Positions 7,683 to 8,321 of a stretch of 8,321 nucleotides of DNA are shown here, in pieces. Location: positions 1 to 8,321 of the forward strand of contig BCKQ01000049.1 in NCBI GenBank assembly GCA_001600695.1, written 5' to 3'. Numbering within the stretch: position 1 is the stretch's first letter; every line of letters starts with the position of its first letter. Position numbers and translations under genes: made by a program. Under the pieces are notes generated by a model. It was not told the DNA's origin. It ran no database searches and saw only the letters and a program-made list of their open reading frames with translations. This stretch comes from Ascoidea asiatica JCM 7603. Its lineage: Eukaryota; Fungi; Ascomycota.

Positions 7683-7755
7683 TGCCCCCTACCGGATTTG
7701 AACCAGTGACCTCCGCATTACGAGTGCGGCGCTGTAACCACTTAGCTAAGCGGGC
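7683..7755 (-). tRNA. tRNA-Thr (anticodon CGU), intronless, 73 nt
   Basis: Minus strand GCCCGCTTAGCTAAGTGGTTACAGCGCCGCACTCGTAATGCGGAGGTCACTGGTTCAAATCCGGTAGGGGGCA folds as a cloverleaf. Anticodon stem CCGCA/TGCGG with loop CT-CGT-AA (anticodon 7722-7720), T arm ACTGG-TTCAAAT-CCGGT, intact A and B boxes. Confidence 0.97.
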
Positions 7756-7817
7756 AAACGTCAATTTTAAAAAGGAAAGGAAAAAACATAAATCAAAGAC
7801 TGAAACACGTAAAAATA

Positions 7818-8082
7818 TGTGGCTGATGGTCTTAATTTGGAAACTTTTTTGAATAGGTCACAAACTGTAGAGATTATGCAGAGCTCCAGATGAGGAAGGT
7901 GGCGGAACTGTACACCCAGGTCTAAATCTGCAGGGCACTTTTCCTCCACAAAAACCCTGAGTAAAAAATATAAGCAGGCAGCTTAATGTAGCATAATAGA
8001 ATAAAATACAATACAAAAAGGATCCTTTATGAAAGATAACGTTACCTTCATGCAAAATAACAACCATTTTGAGACCATCACA
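7818..8082. mobile_element. Possible degenerate solo LTR or small inverted-repeat element upstream of the tRNA gene
   Basis: 265 bp with TG...CA ends, inverted repeat TGATGGTCT (7824-7832) / AGACCATCA (8072-8080), 4/5-matching flanks AAATA/GAATA and higher GC than the surroundings. It starts 62 bp upstream of a tRNA gene. Confidence 0.3.
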
Positions 8083-8321
8083 GAATATAAAAGGGACAAT
8101 TGTAATAATATATACTAAAACATACACTCACTAAATGACTGGCTGAAATAATACTCGATACAATTACTAAGTTGCTGAGTCTCAAAAATACAGTAGCACA
8201 AAAATAATGAATTACTGTATAAACTCAAGTTTAAACTCTGTACGAAGAAATCCAAGCAATTTCCAAGAATTATTGATCGAGCAATAAGAGATTTTACTAA
8301 GGCAATTCAAAAATTCAATCA

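Noticed and set aside
7767-8127. Two overlapping short minus-strand ORFs (60 and 89 aa)
   Set aside because: Non-ATG starts, no gag/pol or other recognisable similarity, and atypical codon usage.

Overview
Very AT-rich budding-yeast (Saccharomycotina-type) nuclear DNA. It carries three clear protein genes: a DET1-like histidine phosphatase (minus strand), TPI1 (plus strand, divergent from DET1) and ORC2 (plus strand). An intronless tRNA-Thr(CGU) lies on the minus strand. The ORF track misses the most interesting element, between TPI1 and ORC2 on the minus strand: a double-guide box C/D snoRNA (snR47/U36 family, complementary to 18S and 25S rRNA). It sits inside a canonical spliceosomal intron (GTAAGT...TACTAAC...TAG) of an essentially non-coding host transcript whose spliced exons encode only a 9-aa ORF. 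This host appears to share a Reb1/Tbf1-like/STRE-repeat divergent promoter with ORC2. Other observations: a dyad-symmetric DET1-TPI1 intergenic region, a possible degenerate solo LTR upstream of the tRNA, a possible TTG-initiated N-terminal extension of Tpi1, and near-total A/T third-codon usage. The species cannot be determined from the window. Homology calls rest on recalled sequences, not database searches.
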